Source: Candidatus Altiarchaeota archaeon
Lineage (GTDB): Archaea > Altiarchaeota > Altiarchaeia > IMC4 > SCGC-AAA252-I15
Reading direction: 5' to 3'
NCBI GenBank assembly: GCA_043800705.1
Contig: JAZDMS010000024.1
Location: 14,546-78,545 of the forward strand
DNA length: 64,000 nt
Of the stretch, positions 40,634 to 49,882 are shown one piece after another. Positions within the stretch are counted from its first letter, which is position 1. Each line of letters starts with the position of its first letter. Position numbers and translations under genes: made by a program. The notes below the pieces were generated by a model. It ran no database searches and had not been told where the DNA came from. It saw only the letters and a program-made list of their open reading frames with translations.

Positions 40634-41758
40634 GTGAATGTTTCGGAAAAAATCAGGATACTCGGCGCGGCAGGCAAATGGGACGTCTGCGCGAGTTCAG
40701 CATCGACGAGGAAGCCCGCAGGCACTGACAGGATCGGGAACCTCGCCGCAGGCGGCATATGCCACAGCTTCACCGACGGCGGCCGATGCGTCTCCCTGTT
40801 CAAGACCCTCCTCACCAACGACTGCAGCTTCGACTGCAAATACTGCCAAAACAGCACCCACTGCAGGAAACACGCCGCGGAATACGAGCCGCACGAGCTT
40901 GCGAAGGTCTTCATGAGCCTATACCTCGGAAACTACGTCGAGGGGTTGTTTCTCTCCTCCGGCGTCTGCCGGGACCCGGACTCGACGACAGAGAAGATGC
41001 TCGACGCCGTGAGGCTCCTTCGCCAAGAACACAGGTTCCAGGGATACATCCACTTCAAAGTCCTGCCCGGAACCGACAAAGACCTCATAAGACAGGCAAG
41101 CGAATGCGCAGACCGCCTCTCCATCAACATCGAAGCCCCAAGCAGCAGCAGGCTTTCCGAGATGACGGACGTCAAGGACTACGACGCGGACATAATACGC
41201 AGACAGAAGTGGATGAGGGATATGAGGATACCTTCGGGCCAGACGACCCAGATAGTCGTCGGCACAAGCGACGAAACCGACCAGGAGATACTCGAAGCCG
41301 CAAGATGGGAATACTCGGAGATGCGGCTGAAAAGGGTCTACTACAGCGCCTTCCAGCCGCTGGAGAAGACGCCCCTGGAAGCCAGGGACAAGACCCCGCT
41401 TGAGAGGGAACACCGCCTGTACTGCGTCGACTTCATGATGAGGAAATACGGCATACCCTACGAGGAATTCAGGGACATACTCCAAGACGGCAACCTCCCC
41501 GAAGGAGACCCGAAAGTCCACCTCGCAAGACAGGCATTGGACGGACCCGTCGACGTGAACGCAGCACCATACGAGGACCTCATCAGGGTACCGGGCATCG
41601 GCCCCCAAAGCGCCAGGAGGATAATAGAGCTGCGACAGGCTAAAGCTACGATAAACCGAAGCAGGCTGAACAGCATCGGAGTCGTCCTGAAAAGGGCAGA
41701 CCCGTTCATCAAGGTTGCAGGAAATATGCAAACAACAATGGGGGAATACGTCACATGA
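40634..41758 (+). CDS. putative DNA modification/repair radical SAM protein with C-terminal HhH (TIGR03916-like)
   Basis: GICHSFT.GGRC.SL.K.LLTN.CSFDCKYC, GLFLSSG, REHRLY, RVPGIG. Confidence 0.95.
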   Translation: MNVSEKIRILGAAGKWDVCASSASTRKPAGTDRIGNLAAGGICHSFTDGGRCVSLFKTLLTNDCSFDCKYCQNSTHCRKHAAEYEPHELAKVFMSLYLGNYVEGLFLSSGVCRDPDSTTEKMLDAVRLLRQEHRFQGYIHFKVLPGTDKDLIRQASECADRLSINIEAPSSSRLSEMTDVKDYDADIIRRQKWMRDMRIPSGQTTQIVVGTSDETDQEILEAARWEYSEMRLKRVYYSAFQPLEKTPLEARDKTPLEREHRLYCVDFMMRKYGIPYEEFRDILQDGNLPEGDPKVHLARQALDGPVDVNAAPYEDLIRVPGIGPQSARRIIELRQAKATINRSRLNSIGVVLKRADPFIKVAGNMQTTMGEYVT

Positions 41759-42336
41759 GCCACAATGCCGGATTCGGCCTCGTCAAAAGGCACAGGGATT
41801 ATGATATGAGGCTGCACGATACGGTCCTCATGCAGGACCCAACCCTCGTCAAAAACTGCGCGACACCCGAGTCCAAAAGGCTCTACCGCATGCAAAGGGA
41901 GGTAAGCAGATGCCTCCATGCAAAGAAAGGATTCCTCAGGCTGAAACGCTCCCCCCATGGCATATTATACGCCCGCACAGAACTCGAACACGACCTTGCA
42001 GACCTGCTCCTTTCGCACTTCCACCACAGATACCCCACATACCACATAGCACTCGAACACCGGAGGATGACATATATCGCCGCCCCCGGAGGAAAAAAGA
42101 CAGTGACCGATGAATCCCTCGAAGAGGCAGTCCTAAGGCTCGAAGCCAGCCTGCCCAGGGAAGACTCCGGCCGCACCGATGAGACCCTCTGGAGACAGTA
42201 CTACGACAGCCAGATGTCGAAGGAACGCAGGAACCTCCGGCTAATGGACAAGATGATGCCCCGCAGGTACAGGGACAAGGACTCATACGAGAACAAGGCG
42301 GAAACATTCAGCCGCAGCCTCGTCGACTACGCCTAA
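41755..42336 (+). CDS. DUF4130 domain protein (TIGR03915-like partner)
   Basis: H..KGFLR, HF..RYP, LW..YY.S...ERRN.RL...MP.RY; ATGA overlap with the radical SAM gene. Confidence 0.85.
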   Translation: MSHNAGFGLVKRHRDYDMRLHDTVLMQDPTLVKNCATPESKRLYRMQREVSRCLHAKKGFLRLKRSPHGILYARTELEHDLADLLLSHFHHRYPTYHIALEHRRMTYIAAPGGKKTVTDESLEEAVLRLEASLPREDSGRTDETLWRQYYDSQMSKERRNLRLMDKMMPRRYRDKDSYENKAETFSRSLVDYA

Positions 42337-43271
42337 AGCCTGCCGAAGCCGAAAACCCTCGGTGGCTTAAGCCCCGGATCGAGGAAAACGACGCGCCCGC
42401 CCAAAATCGGGGTCTCCTTCTCCAAAGAAAGCTTCAGCCTACCCGTCTTGCCCTTCTCGACAGAACCCGACACGACCTTGGCAGGCACATAGTTCAGGCA
42501 GGAATTCACGCTGAACTGGTCGCCGACGCCAAGCGGCCGCGGAGCATACTTGGACAAGACTGCGTCGATCTCAAGCTCCCTCACGACTGGGACGGAACCG
42601 TCCACAGACAAGATACAACCCCGGGGAACATCCTCTGGCCTGATGTCCTTCAGAGCCACGCCGACCCTTAGGCCGGTACCGGCCTCTTCCATGTCGACGT
42701 CATGGACCTGCAGCGACTTCATCGACACCTTCAGCTTATGCGGGAGGATAAGCAGATTGTCGTGGCGTTTGAGCACGCCCTGTTTGACGACGCCCAAAGC
42801 GACTGTCCCGACGCCCTTCACGGGAAAGGAGTGATCTACCTGGACGACTGCGGGGCCCTCATTCTTGCACTCCAGCTGGGCGAGCCTCTCCTTCACCACC
42901 ATCGACTGATCCTCCAAGACCTCATACGAGCCCGCGACTGTGCCTTCAAGGAGAGACTTGAGCGCTCCCGCATTGACGGACCCCCCGTAGACTATGTAGC
43001 CTTTGCCTACCCCCACCATATCCAATGCTACCACCGACTCCGCCAGCGACGCATCCAACGCATCTATCCTCAAAAGAGCCTGATCGGCCATGTTCAAAGA
43101 AGACAGAAGAGACTGGACCTTGTCGGGGTAAGACGACGGCTCCACAAATGACAGGACCGCGTCCCCGACCTTGGAATTATACAAGGTCACGTCGCTGACA
43201 GTACCCTTCTTCCCCAATTGACCGCCCAAATCCCGCCCCAACACCGCGGTGACATTGCCCCGAAAAGCCAT
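42333..43271 (-). CDS. archaeal SelB-like elongation-factor paralogue with degenerate G domain
   Basis: LGKKGT.SD.T.YN, VDHSF.VKGVGTVALG, SLQVHD, RVGVALK. Confidence 0.85.
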   Translation of the reverse strand: MAFRGNVTAVLGRDLGGQLGKKGTVSDVTLYNSKVGDAVLSFVEPSSYPDKVQSLLSSLNMADQALLRIDALDASLAESVVALDMVGVGKGYIVYGGSVNAGALKSLLEGTVAGSYEVLEDQSMVVKERLAQLECKNEGPAVVQVDHSFPVKGVGTVALGVVKQGVLKRHDNLLILPHKLKVSMKSLQVHDVDMEEAGTGLRVGVALKDIRPEDVPRGCILSVDGSVPVVRELEIDAVLSKYAPRPLGVGDQFSVNSCLNYVPAKVVSGSVEKGKTGRLKLSLEKETPILGGRVVFLDPGLKPPRVFGFGRL

Positions 43272-43310
43272 AGAAAATACTGTGAAAACGGGAATATATG
43301 CGTGCAGATG

Positions 43311-43940
43311 CTAATCCGCAGCCCTCACCGCCTCGACCATCCTCTTGAACGCCGCGTAATCGTCGGACAGGTCCAACGCCAAAGAACCGTCCACCTCAAA
43401 AAGCCTGCAGCTCACCCGCGGAAACTTCACAAACTTCGCAGAGACCACGACCAGGCCGTATTTGTCCAGGAGGCATCCGGGATCCACCTCGTCGAATACG
43501 TAATCCAGGTCGCATCCCCGGCCGCCGAAAAGCTGCGGCAGGAGAAAATCCACGATAAAAAGCCTCACAACCCCGTCCGAGGAGAACCTGACGCCGACCG
43601 CCTGATGCGCGCACCCCATCAGGGAATCGCAGAACTTCCCCCCGAACAGGGCCCTCACCCTCGAAGGCTCCCGCTCCCCGACGGCCAATGCGACCAGCCG
43701 CCTTACCTGATCCGGGTCAAGACCCGAACCGCCGACGTGAACCAACGGCAACACCTCGGCGTTGAACCCCGACTCCCGAAGGAACCGCGCCACCATCGAA
43801 GAGGCAGCCCAACAACAGAGAGGATAACCCAACCTAGGATCCGACGAAAGGACCCTGTGCAGAGGCGCCCGCATATCCTCCAAAAAGGACCTAAGAAACG
43901 ACACATCGGCCCCTACATCAGAATCCACCATAGCCCCCAT
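43311..43940 (-). CDS. hypothetical protein, transglutaminase/papain-like triad candidate
   Basis: CC.AAS.....L...G, HQAVGV, IVD....Q. Confidence 0.55.
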   Translation of the reverse strand: MGAMVDSDVGADVSFLRSFLEDMRAPLHRVLSSDPRLGYPLCCWAASSMVARFLRESGFNAEVLPLVHVGGSGLDPDQVRRLVALAVGEREPSRVRALFGGKFCDSLMGCAHQAVGVRFSSDGVVRLFIVDFLLPQLFGGRGCDLDYVFDEVDPGCLLDKYGLVVVSAKFVKFPRVSCRLFEVDGSLALDLSDDYAAFKRMVEAVRAAD

Positions 43941-44096
43941 ATGCTAAAACAGCCCATTTGAGGGAGTCTGTGGCCTCTACCAACCCCTCAGAGGAGCGAG
44001 TTTCATCCTCGAATCCCATGCACTTATATTCGAAAAAAACACTAATATAGACCACAAAAACCGCAAAAAACCCTGCAATAAGAAGTAGATCAATCC

Positions 44097-44165
44097 GGTC
44101 CCATGGCTCAGGCTGGTTCGAGACGCAGCCCTTTTCTTTACGAAAGAAAAGCGCTGGCGGAAAAG
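44097..44165 (+). repeat. duplicated tRNA-Ile 5' fragment followed by REP-like palindrome
   Basis: GGTCCCATGGCTCAGGcTGGTT (21/22 match to the tRNA 5' end), then GCAGCCCTTTTCTTT..AAAGAAAAGCGCTGGCGGAAAAG. Confidence 0.8.
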
Positions 44166-44240
44166 AAAAACTAACGAGTCATCGGAAAACATGCACCCCC
44201 AGGACAGGAGGGGAAGAAAACAAAAAAACACACACAATAC

Positions 44241-44315
44241 GGTCCCATGGCTCAGGTTGGTTAGAGCGTCCGACTGATAATCGGAAGGTCTCGAGTTCAA
44301 ATCTCGATGGGACCA
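44241..44315 (+). tRNA. tRNA-Ile (GAT)
   Basis: GGTCCCA/TGGGACC acceptor stem; TCCGA-CTGATAA-TCGGA anticodon arm; GTTCAAATC T loop. Confidence 0.97.
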
Positions 44316-44384
44316 TTAGAGCCCCTTTCTTTCTTTTGCTAAAAGAAAGAAAGGCCCTCGGGTTCAAAGAAAGAAAACCGTGCC

Positions 44385-44541
44385 ATCTTTGATGGCACCT
44401 GGGAAGAGTAGGGTTGATAAGGGCGAGAAACCCCAGAGGGGTGTCTTGCCCTTATGTTCAACTTGATGGGACCATCTATTATCCTTACGAAGCGACATCG
44501 TCCGAATAGTCCCTCGAGATGTAAAAATCTCGAGGGGTCAT
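44385..44541 (+). repeat. degenerate copies of the tRNA-Ile 3' end
   Basis: atctttgatggcacc (44385), gttcaacttgatgggacca (44456) and aaatctcgaggggtca (44525) versus gttcaaatctcgatgggacca. Confidence 0.65.
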
Positions 44542-44592
44542 ATTTCTTCATTTTTATATCGATGTATCCATATCATCATCGGTTGATTTAAG

Positions 44593-44877
44593 ATGATGAA
44601 TGCTCATTTCGACGGTGTGGAATTGGGTGCCGCTGTAGGATTGCTCGCGATTGTCTGGGTCTTTGCCAGCCTATTCGCATATCTCCTCTGGTACCGGTTC
44701 CTGAGGGAGAGGATAGCCAAGATCACCAGCCCCATCCTCAAGGCCGCGATGATAGTCGCCTTCGCGGTGCTGGTCGCTTTGGTGATGTTCGCCTTGTTCT
44801 TCAGCCAGACCCACAGCAGCTTCGAGGCGACGTACAGGTTCCCCCTGGATCTGACATACGATTACCTCTCCGGTTAG
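44593..44877 (+). CDS. small 2-TM membrane protein
   Basis: Two hydrophobic helices; TTTTTATA box upstream. Confidence 0.6.
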   Translation: MMNAHFDGVELGAAVGLLAIVWVFASLFAYLLWYRFLRERIAKITSPILKAAMIVAFAVLVALVMFALFFSQTHSSFEATYRFPLDLTYDYLSG

Positions 44878-45038
44878 GGGCTGATCCATCGGGAGGATGA
44901 CGGTTTTCTAAGTTTGATTATACTATAGCAGGCGGAAAATGCGCATTGGGCCTGAAATTGGCCTGATATGGGTGAATTGCTGCGTTTTCCTGTTTTACAG
45001 CCGAACCGGAAGGTTTTTATATATGTTTTACGAAGTAT

Positions 45039-45533
45039 ATGGGCATGGCTAATAGTGTGAATGAGATCGGGGGCGTCTTGTGTGAGACGCTCGGTGGGGA
45101 AACGTTCGAGGTCATCAAGGTCATCGACTCTCCCATGGAAGACAAGGAGATATCCAAGGAGTTGAAATTTGAGACCTCGAAGGTGCGTGTGATTTTGAAC
45201 GACCTTCTGGTAAGGAACCTCGTGAAGCTGGACAGGGACAGGCAGGACACCGGCTACACGTATTACAGGTGGAGCAGGAGGGAGGACAAGATAAAGGAAT
45301 ACGTGAACGACTACGTCGAATCCAAGATAAAGGAATTGGACGGGATGCTGTCCAGCCGGGACGACATCATGTTCGAGTGCGGCTGCGCCAGGATCGACTA
45401 CGGGAAGGCTATCGAGCTCGGGTTCACATGCCCAAGCTGCGGAAAGAGGCTGAACCAGTCCCAGAGCGTTCGCGGAAGCAGGAAACTGAAGGACGAGCTG
45501 AGGAAGTTCACGGCATTGAGGAACGCGTCATAG
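45039..45533 (+). CDS. tfe: transcription factor E (TFE alpha)
   Basis: Winged helix with VR.ILN.L and GY.YY.W; C.C...F.CPSCG zinc ribbon. Confidence 0.88.
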   Translation: MGMANSVNEIGGVLCETLGGETFEVIKVIDSPMEDKEISKELKFETSKVRVILNDLLVRNLVKLDRDRQDTGYTYYRWSRREDKIKEYVNDYVESKIKELDGMLSSRDDIMFECGCARIDYGKAIELGFTCPSCGKRLNQSQSVRGSRKLKDELRKFTALRNAS

Positions 45534-45860
45534 ACGTTTTCGGGCCCCCTTCAGCGTCCCTGAGGTAGTTAGGGTGTTGATCGAGGCCTTTCTTCCGTCT
45601 ATTTCTCTGACCTGCGCCATGCACTGGCGTATGGTCTGCACGCTTTTGTGGTTCACTTTGATTATCCCCTTCTTCTTCGCCTTCTCCCAGTCCATCACCC
45701 AAAGGGACGTTTTCGCTGCTCCGACTTCGCCGAAGAGGCGAAGGAGGGAGGACCATATCGCGTCGACTACTGGTTTGCGCTCGAATGAGGAGTCGGATGC
45801 GACCTCGAACGCTATGTAGCGGTTGCGTTCCCTCAGCGTCGGTTTCAGCATCTTGGCCAT
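45528..45860 (-). CDS. rnp2: RNase P protein component 2 (Pop5/Rpp14)
   Basis: PTLRE.NRYIAF, LFGEVG, TSGTLK. Confidence 0.93.
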   Translation of the reverse strand: MAKMLKPTLRERNRYIAFEVASDSSFERKPVVDAIWSSLLRLFGEVGAAKTSLWVMDWEKAKKKGIIKVNHKSVQTIRQCMAQVREIDGRKASINTLTTSGTLKGARKRL

Positions 45861-45861
45861 T

Positions 45862-46797
45862 TCAGGTATGGTAGACGTAGAAGAGGTTGTATCCGCCGTT
45901 GATATAGTGGCTGTTGTCGAAGAAGCCGCCGATGATCAGGTATCCGTCCGGGGAGGTTATCCCGTTGGCTGAGACCTTGACTTTGGACATCCCCATCCCG
46001 GCTGGCGTCACACCCAGGGTCGCGGATTGGCCGTCCGACCCGAACCTGTTGATCATCTGAATCGTGTATCCCTGATAGTTGCGTTCGCACATTGCGGAGG
46101 GGGTGGGCCAGCAGGACTGCCCCCCGAGGGTAAGAAGCGACGCGTCGGGGTGGGATGCTGCGACCGTGGTCAGGTCTTCGATGTTCTTCCTTATGCTTAT
46201 GATCGGGATGTCTTCGCCATAGTTTGTGACCTTGAACCTGAGGAAATCGACGAAGCTTTCCCCTGTAGATAGGGGTCTTCTGTCGGTTATGCCGTCGGGT
46301 GTCTTTATCTCTAGCCAGTATTTCAGCTGGTTGGCGACGCCCTCCTTCTCGTCGAAGCGGAACAGGTATCCTGTCCCCGTCCCGTCCTGCTCGTATTCCT
46401 GCCACCCCGAATTCAGTTTCATGACGGTACCCTGCGGATTTTGGGCTGGGGCGGGCTGAGTGGTCGTCGGCGGAAGGGTCGGCTGCGTGACCTGCGTCGT
46501 GGTTATGGTGAGTAGGGTGGTGGTTGTCTGTGAGGTCGTGGTAGGTTCCTCGGTCTCTTCAGGAGGGGTGTCTTCCACCACTGTTTGGGTGATTTCCTCG
46601 TCGTCGTTGTCGCATATGCCGTTATCGTTATCGTCAAGGCAACATGATGAGCCGACGCGTAGGTAGGGGGCCTCGCACCCTCCGTCCGCCCCCTCTTGGG
46701 GGGAGGTTCCGCCGCCTGGCAGGCTGAAATCCTTCCCTCCGCAGCAGATGCATCCGGAAAACAGCGCCACCGCCGCCAAGACGAGCAGATACCTCAT
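45862..46797 (-). CDS. exported/lipoprotein-like hypothetical protein
   Basis: FSGC signal; C..PY..VG.SCCLD.NDNGICD motif; Thr-rich linker. Confidence 0.75.
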   Translation of the reverse strand: MRYLLVLAAVALFSGCICCGGKDFSLPGGGTSPQEGADGGCEAPYLRVGSSCCLDDNDNGICDNDDEEITQTVVEDTPPEETEEPTTTSQTTTTLLTITTTQVTQPTLPPTTTQPAPAQNPQGTVMKLNSGWQEYEQDGTGTGYLFRFDEKEGVANQLKYWLEIKTPDGITDRRPLSTGESFVDFLRFKVTNYGEDIPIISIRKNIEDLTTVAASHPDASLLTLGGQSCWPTPSAMCERNYQGYTIQMINRFGSDGQSATLGVTPAGMGMSKVKVSANGITSPDGYLIIGGFFDNSHYINGGYNLFYVYHT

Positions 46798-46886
46798 AGA
46801 AAAACCATTTACATAATTGAGTTGGCGGATTATAAACCCAAAAATCCCCGCCATTTATATGGGGGGGGCGTAATAATCTATCTTTA

Positions 46887-48128
46887 ATGGCGGCCAAGAG
46901 AGAGAGTAGGCTTCTTATCAAGAACGCATCCGTCGCCGGATCAGCCGGCACCGTAGACATCCTGATTGAGGAGGGGATAATTTCAGAGATCGGTCAGATC
47001 AGGGGAATGGGCCTTGACGTCGGCGGACACCTCGTATGCCCCGGATTCGTCAACATACACACCCACTTGGACAAGGCCGACCTACTGTCTAAGATGAGGC
47101 CTGAACAGTTCGGAAAGAGCCTCGAAGATAACAGGGAGCTTCTAAAGACATTCAAGAGGAACTATACGGTAGGGGAAATCAAGGAGAGGGCGGGCAAGGT
47201 CGTCTCGGAATTCGTATCGAATGGGGTCACGGCCATAAGGACGCAAGTGGACGTCGACTCAACGGGTGGGCTCAAGCCCCTGCATGCCCTGATGGACCTG
47301 AAGAAGGAGGTCCCAGTCGACCTGCAGATATGCGCATTCCCGCAGCAGGGGGTCGTCGACGACAAGAGCAGGAACCTCGTCGAGCAGGCCTTGGACGACG
47401 GCGCCGACCTCCTTGGCGGGCTCCCACTCGTCGAGAAGACGAGACAGGACCAGGAGCGGCACATAGACATACTCTTCGAGATCGCAATAAGCCACGACGT
47501 CGGCCTCGAAGTCCAGATCGACGAGAGCAACAACCCGCAGGACTTCCTGCTGCCGCTCTTGGCAGAGAAGACTATAGAGCACAGGATGCAGGGGAGGGTC
47601 AGCGCCACGCACTGCATCTCGCTTTCCGCACAGGACGACTGCATCGCGGCTGAGACGATCAAGCTGGTCCGGCAGGCGCAGCTGAACGTGATCGTCACAC
47701 CGAGCGCCAACATGATCACACAGTTCAGGATCCCGGAGGGCGTTCACTCCAGGCCTAACAACAGCATAACGCGGGTCAAGGAGCTTCTGGAGGCCAATGT
47801 TAACGTCGCCTTGGGGACGGACAACATCAGGGACATATTCTACCCCCTCGGCAACTGCAGCATCCTAAGGGAGATGCACGTCCTTGCCGCCGCCACGCGG
47901 ATGACGAGGGCAGACGACCCGTGCAGGCTGTTTGATATGGCGTCAAAGAACGGGGCCTCGATCATGGGTTTGAGGTACGGCATCGAAGTGGGCGCCGACG
48001 GCGACCTCATAGTCTTGGATGCGAAAAGCCACAGGGACGCTTTGAACGGAAGCCCTATAGTGCCTTACGTGATCAAGGGGGGCGATATGATATGCGAGTC
48101 GAAACTTGAGGTGAAGCATGGACGATAA
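46887..48128 (+). CDS. cytosine deaminase-like amidohydrolase
   Basis: HTHLDK, AFPQ.G, DE, HC.SL, GTDN.RD.FYP.G. Confidence 0.88.
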   Translation: MAAKRESRLLIKNASVAGSAGTVDILIEEGIISEIGQIRGMGLDVGGHLVCPGFVNIHTHLDKADLLSKMRPEQFGKSLEDNRELLKTFKRNYTVGEIKERAGKVVSEFVSNGVTAIRTQVDVDSTGGLKPLHALMDLKKEVPVDLQICAFPQQGVVDDKSRNLVEQALDDGADLLGGLPLVEKTRQDQERHIDILFEIAISHDVGLEVQIDESNNPQDFLLPLLAEKTIEHRMQGRVSATHCISLSAQDDCIAAETIKLVRQAQLNVIVTPSANMITQFRIPEGVHSRPNNSITRVKELLEANVNVALGTDNIRDIFYPLGNCSILREMHVLAAATRMTRADDPCRLFDMASKNGASIMGLRYGIEVGADGDLIVLDAKSHRDALNGSPIVPYVIKGGDMICESKLEVKHGR

Positions 48129-49023
48129 GGAGATTACTGCGCTTTTGAAGGAGTCGTACGACCTGCACTTCCACATAGGCCCCGACATCCTGCCGAGGAA
48201 GTACACGGTAGAGGAGCTTGTTGGAAGCGAATCCGGGAGGATAAAGGGGGTTGCGCTTAAGTCGCATAGCATCCCGACAATCGGCCTCATCAACTCGCTG
48301 AAGAAGGACGGCATAGAATTGATTGGCTCCATCACGCTCAACTATTTCATGGGAGGATTCAACGAGTCCGCGATATACGCGAGCGCGGTCATGAGCAAGG
48401 GGCCCCCCATAATCGTCTGGTTCCCGACGGTGCACGCGGAAAACCACCTAGTCCACAACAAGAGCGACTACGAGATTCCGCCCGAATGGGTCAAGGACCC
48501 AAAATTCAAGCCGAGGAACAAATACGACCTGAAGGCCATAAAGGTCACCGACTGGGCCGGGAAGCTGATAAGGAAGGCGCAGTCGAGCCTGAAGGTCATG
48601 CAGGACATGGGATGCGTCGTCGCCACCGGCCACGTCTCATGGAGGGAGGCCGAGAAGCTCACCCTCGAATGCATAGACAGGGGCCTCAAGGTCATCGTCA
48701 CGCACCCGATGCAGAGGGACATCGCGATGCCGCTGGAGGTCCAGAAGAGGCTCGCAGACAAGGGCGCCTACATAGAATACTGCTACATCATGTACCTGGA
48801 CCGCGACTTCCCCGAGGACTACCCCCTTGAGGAACAGGTCAGGTGCATGAAGGAGATCGGTTCTGACAGGGTCGTTCTGACAAGCGATGCAGGCCAGAAA
48901 CGCAACCCCGGCCCGACCGAGAGCCTGAGCCAATATATCAAGCTACTTCAGGAAAAGGGCCTACAGAAGAAGGACTTCAGGGAGATGCTAGTCGACAACC
49001 CAACGAAGGTGTTGGGAGACTGA
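48118..49023 (+). CDS. DUF6282-like amidohydrolase/TIM-barrel protein
   Basis: DLHFH.GPD..PR, LKSH, ATGH.S, THP, SDAGQ..NP, NP..VL. Confidence 0.8.
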   Translation: MDDKEITALLKESYDLHFHIGPDILPRKYTVEELVGSESGRIKGVALKSHSIPTIGLINSLKKDGIELIGSITLNYFMGGFNESAIYASAVMSKGPPIIVWFPTVHAENHLVHNKSDYEIPPEWVKDPKFKPRNKYDLKAIKVTDWAGKLIRKAQSSLKVMQDMGCVVATGHVSWREAEKLTLECIDRGLKVIVTHPMQRDIAMPLEVQKRLADKGAYIEYCYIMYLDRDFPEDYPLEEQVRCMKEIGSDRVVLTSDAGQKRNPGPTESLSQYIKLLQEKGLQKKDFREMLVDNPTKVLGD

Positions 49024-49070
49024 TTAATTCGGTAGGCAAATAAAGCAGGGGAACCGGCCAAGGCACGGCT

Positions 49071-49865
49071 TTATTTTACCCTTAGCCGTTTGTTGTAGTC
49101 TTGCGCCATTTTGGCGGGGTCGTTGCTGTAGATGATGTGTCTGCCCACATTTATGAGAATGTTCTTTCCTGCGTTTTCGAATATCTTCTTTGCGTCGCCT
49201 CCCTGGCTTCCGATGCCGGGGAAGAGGATGATCCTCTCGTCGCCGGTGACCTTGCGGATCTTCTGTATGTCGACCTCCCGGATGTGGTCGGTGGCCCCGA
49301 CGACGAGTCCGTCGGATTCCGCGTGCTTGGAGTCGTCTGCTATCCTAAGGAAGAGCGGTGTCTCGTTGAATCTCGTCTTCTTGTGGAAGCCTTCGGCTTC
49401 CGGGTTGCTCATGAGGCAGAGGACGAATATGCCGAGGTCCCTGTGGTGGGCCATGTCGGTCGCCTCCCGTATGTTGCCCGCGAACGGGCTGAACGTGAGG
49501 GCGTCGAAGCCGCATTTTTTTATCCAGTAGAGTGCGCTTTCGTTGGTGGAGCCTATGTCTCCAAGTTTGTGATCCAGGATGGAGAGGACTCCGTGCGAGT
49601 GTATTTGCTGGTTCAAGGCTTCGAGTTTGTTTAGTCCGAGAGCGAAGAGGACGTATTGGCTGTTCATCTTTATGGCGCAGCAGTTGTCCGCAACGGAGTC
49701 GATTATCTCCATGCAGTACTGCATTATCGCATCGCCCACGTCGCCCGGATACTGTTTTTTAATGACGTCGGCCCTTCGCTGGTCCTGGAGCGCGGGATCG
49801 AGGCCCACGCAGAGTATGCTGTCTTTCTCCTTCCTAGCCCGCTCGTATTCGTCAAAGAAACTCAT
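49071..49865 (-). CDS. pyrF: orotidine-5'-phosphate decarboxylase
   Basis: LCVGLDP, D.K.GDIGST, VVGAT, PGIGSQGG. Confidence 0.95.
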   Translation of the reverse strand: MSFFDEYERARKEKDSILCVGLDPALQDQRRADVIKKQYPGDVGDAIMQYCMEIIDSVADNCCAIKMNSQYVLFALGLNKLEALNQQIHSHGVLSILDHKLGDIGSTNESALYWIKKCGFDALTFSPFAGNIREATDMAHHRDLGIFVLCLMSNPEAEGFHKKTRFNETPLFLRIADDSKHAESDGLVVGATDHIREVDIQKIRKVTGDERIILFPGIGSQGGDAKKIFENAGKNILINVGRHIIYSNDPAKMAQDYNKRLRVK

Positions 49866-49882
49866 TATCCACACACTCTGAT

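Noticed and set aside
44012-44023. Third tRNA-Ile 5' fragment (aatcccatgcac, 85 nt further upstream)
   Set aside because: Only a 7-nt core match; could be chance
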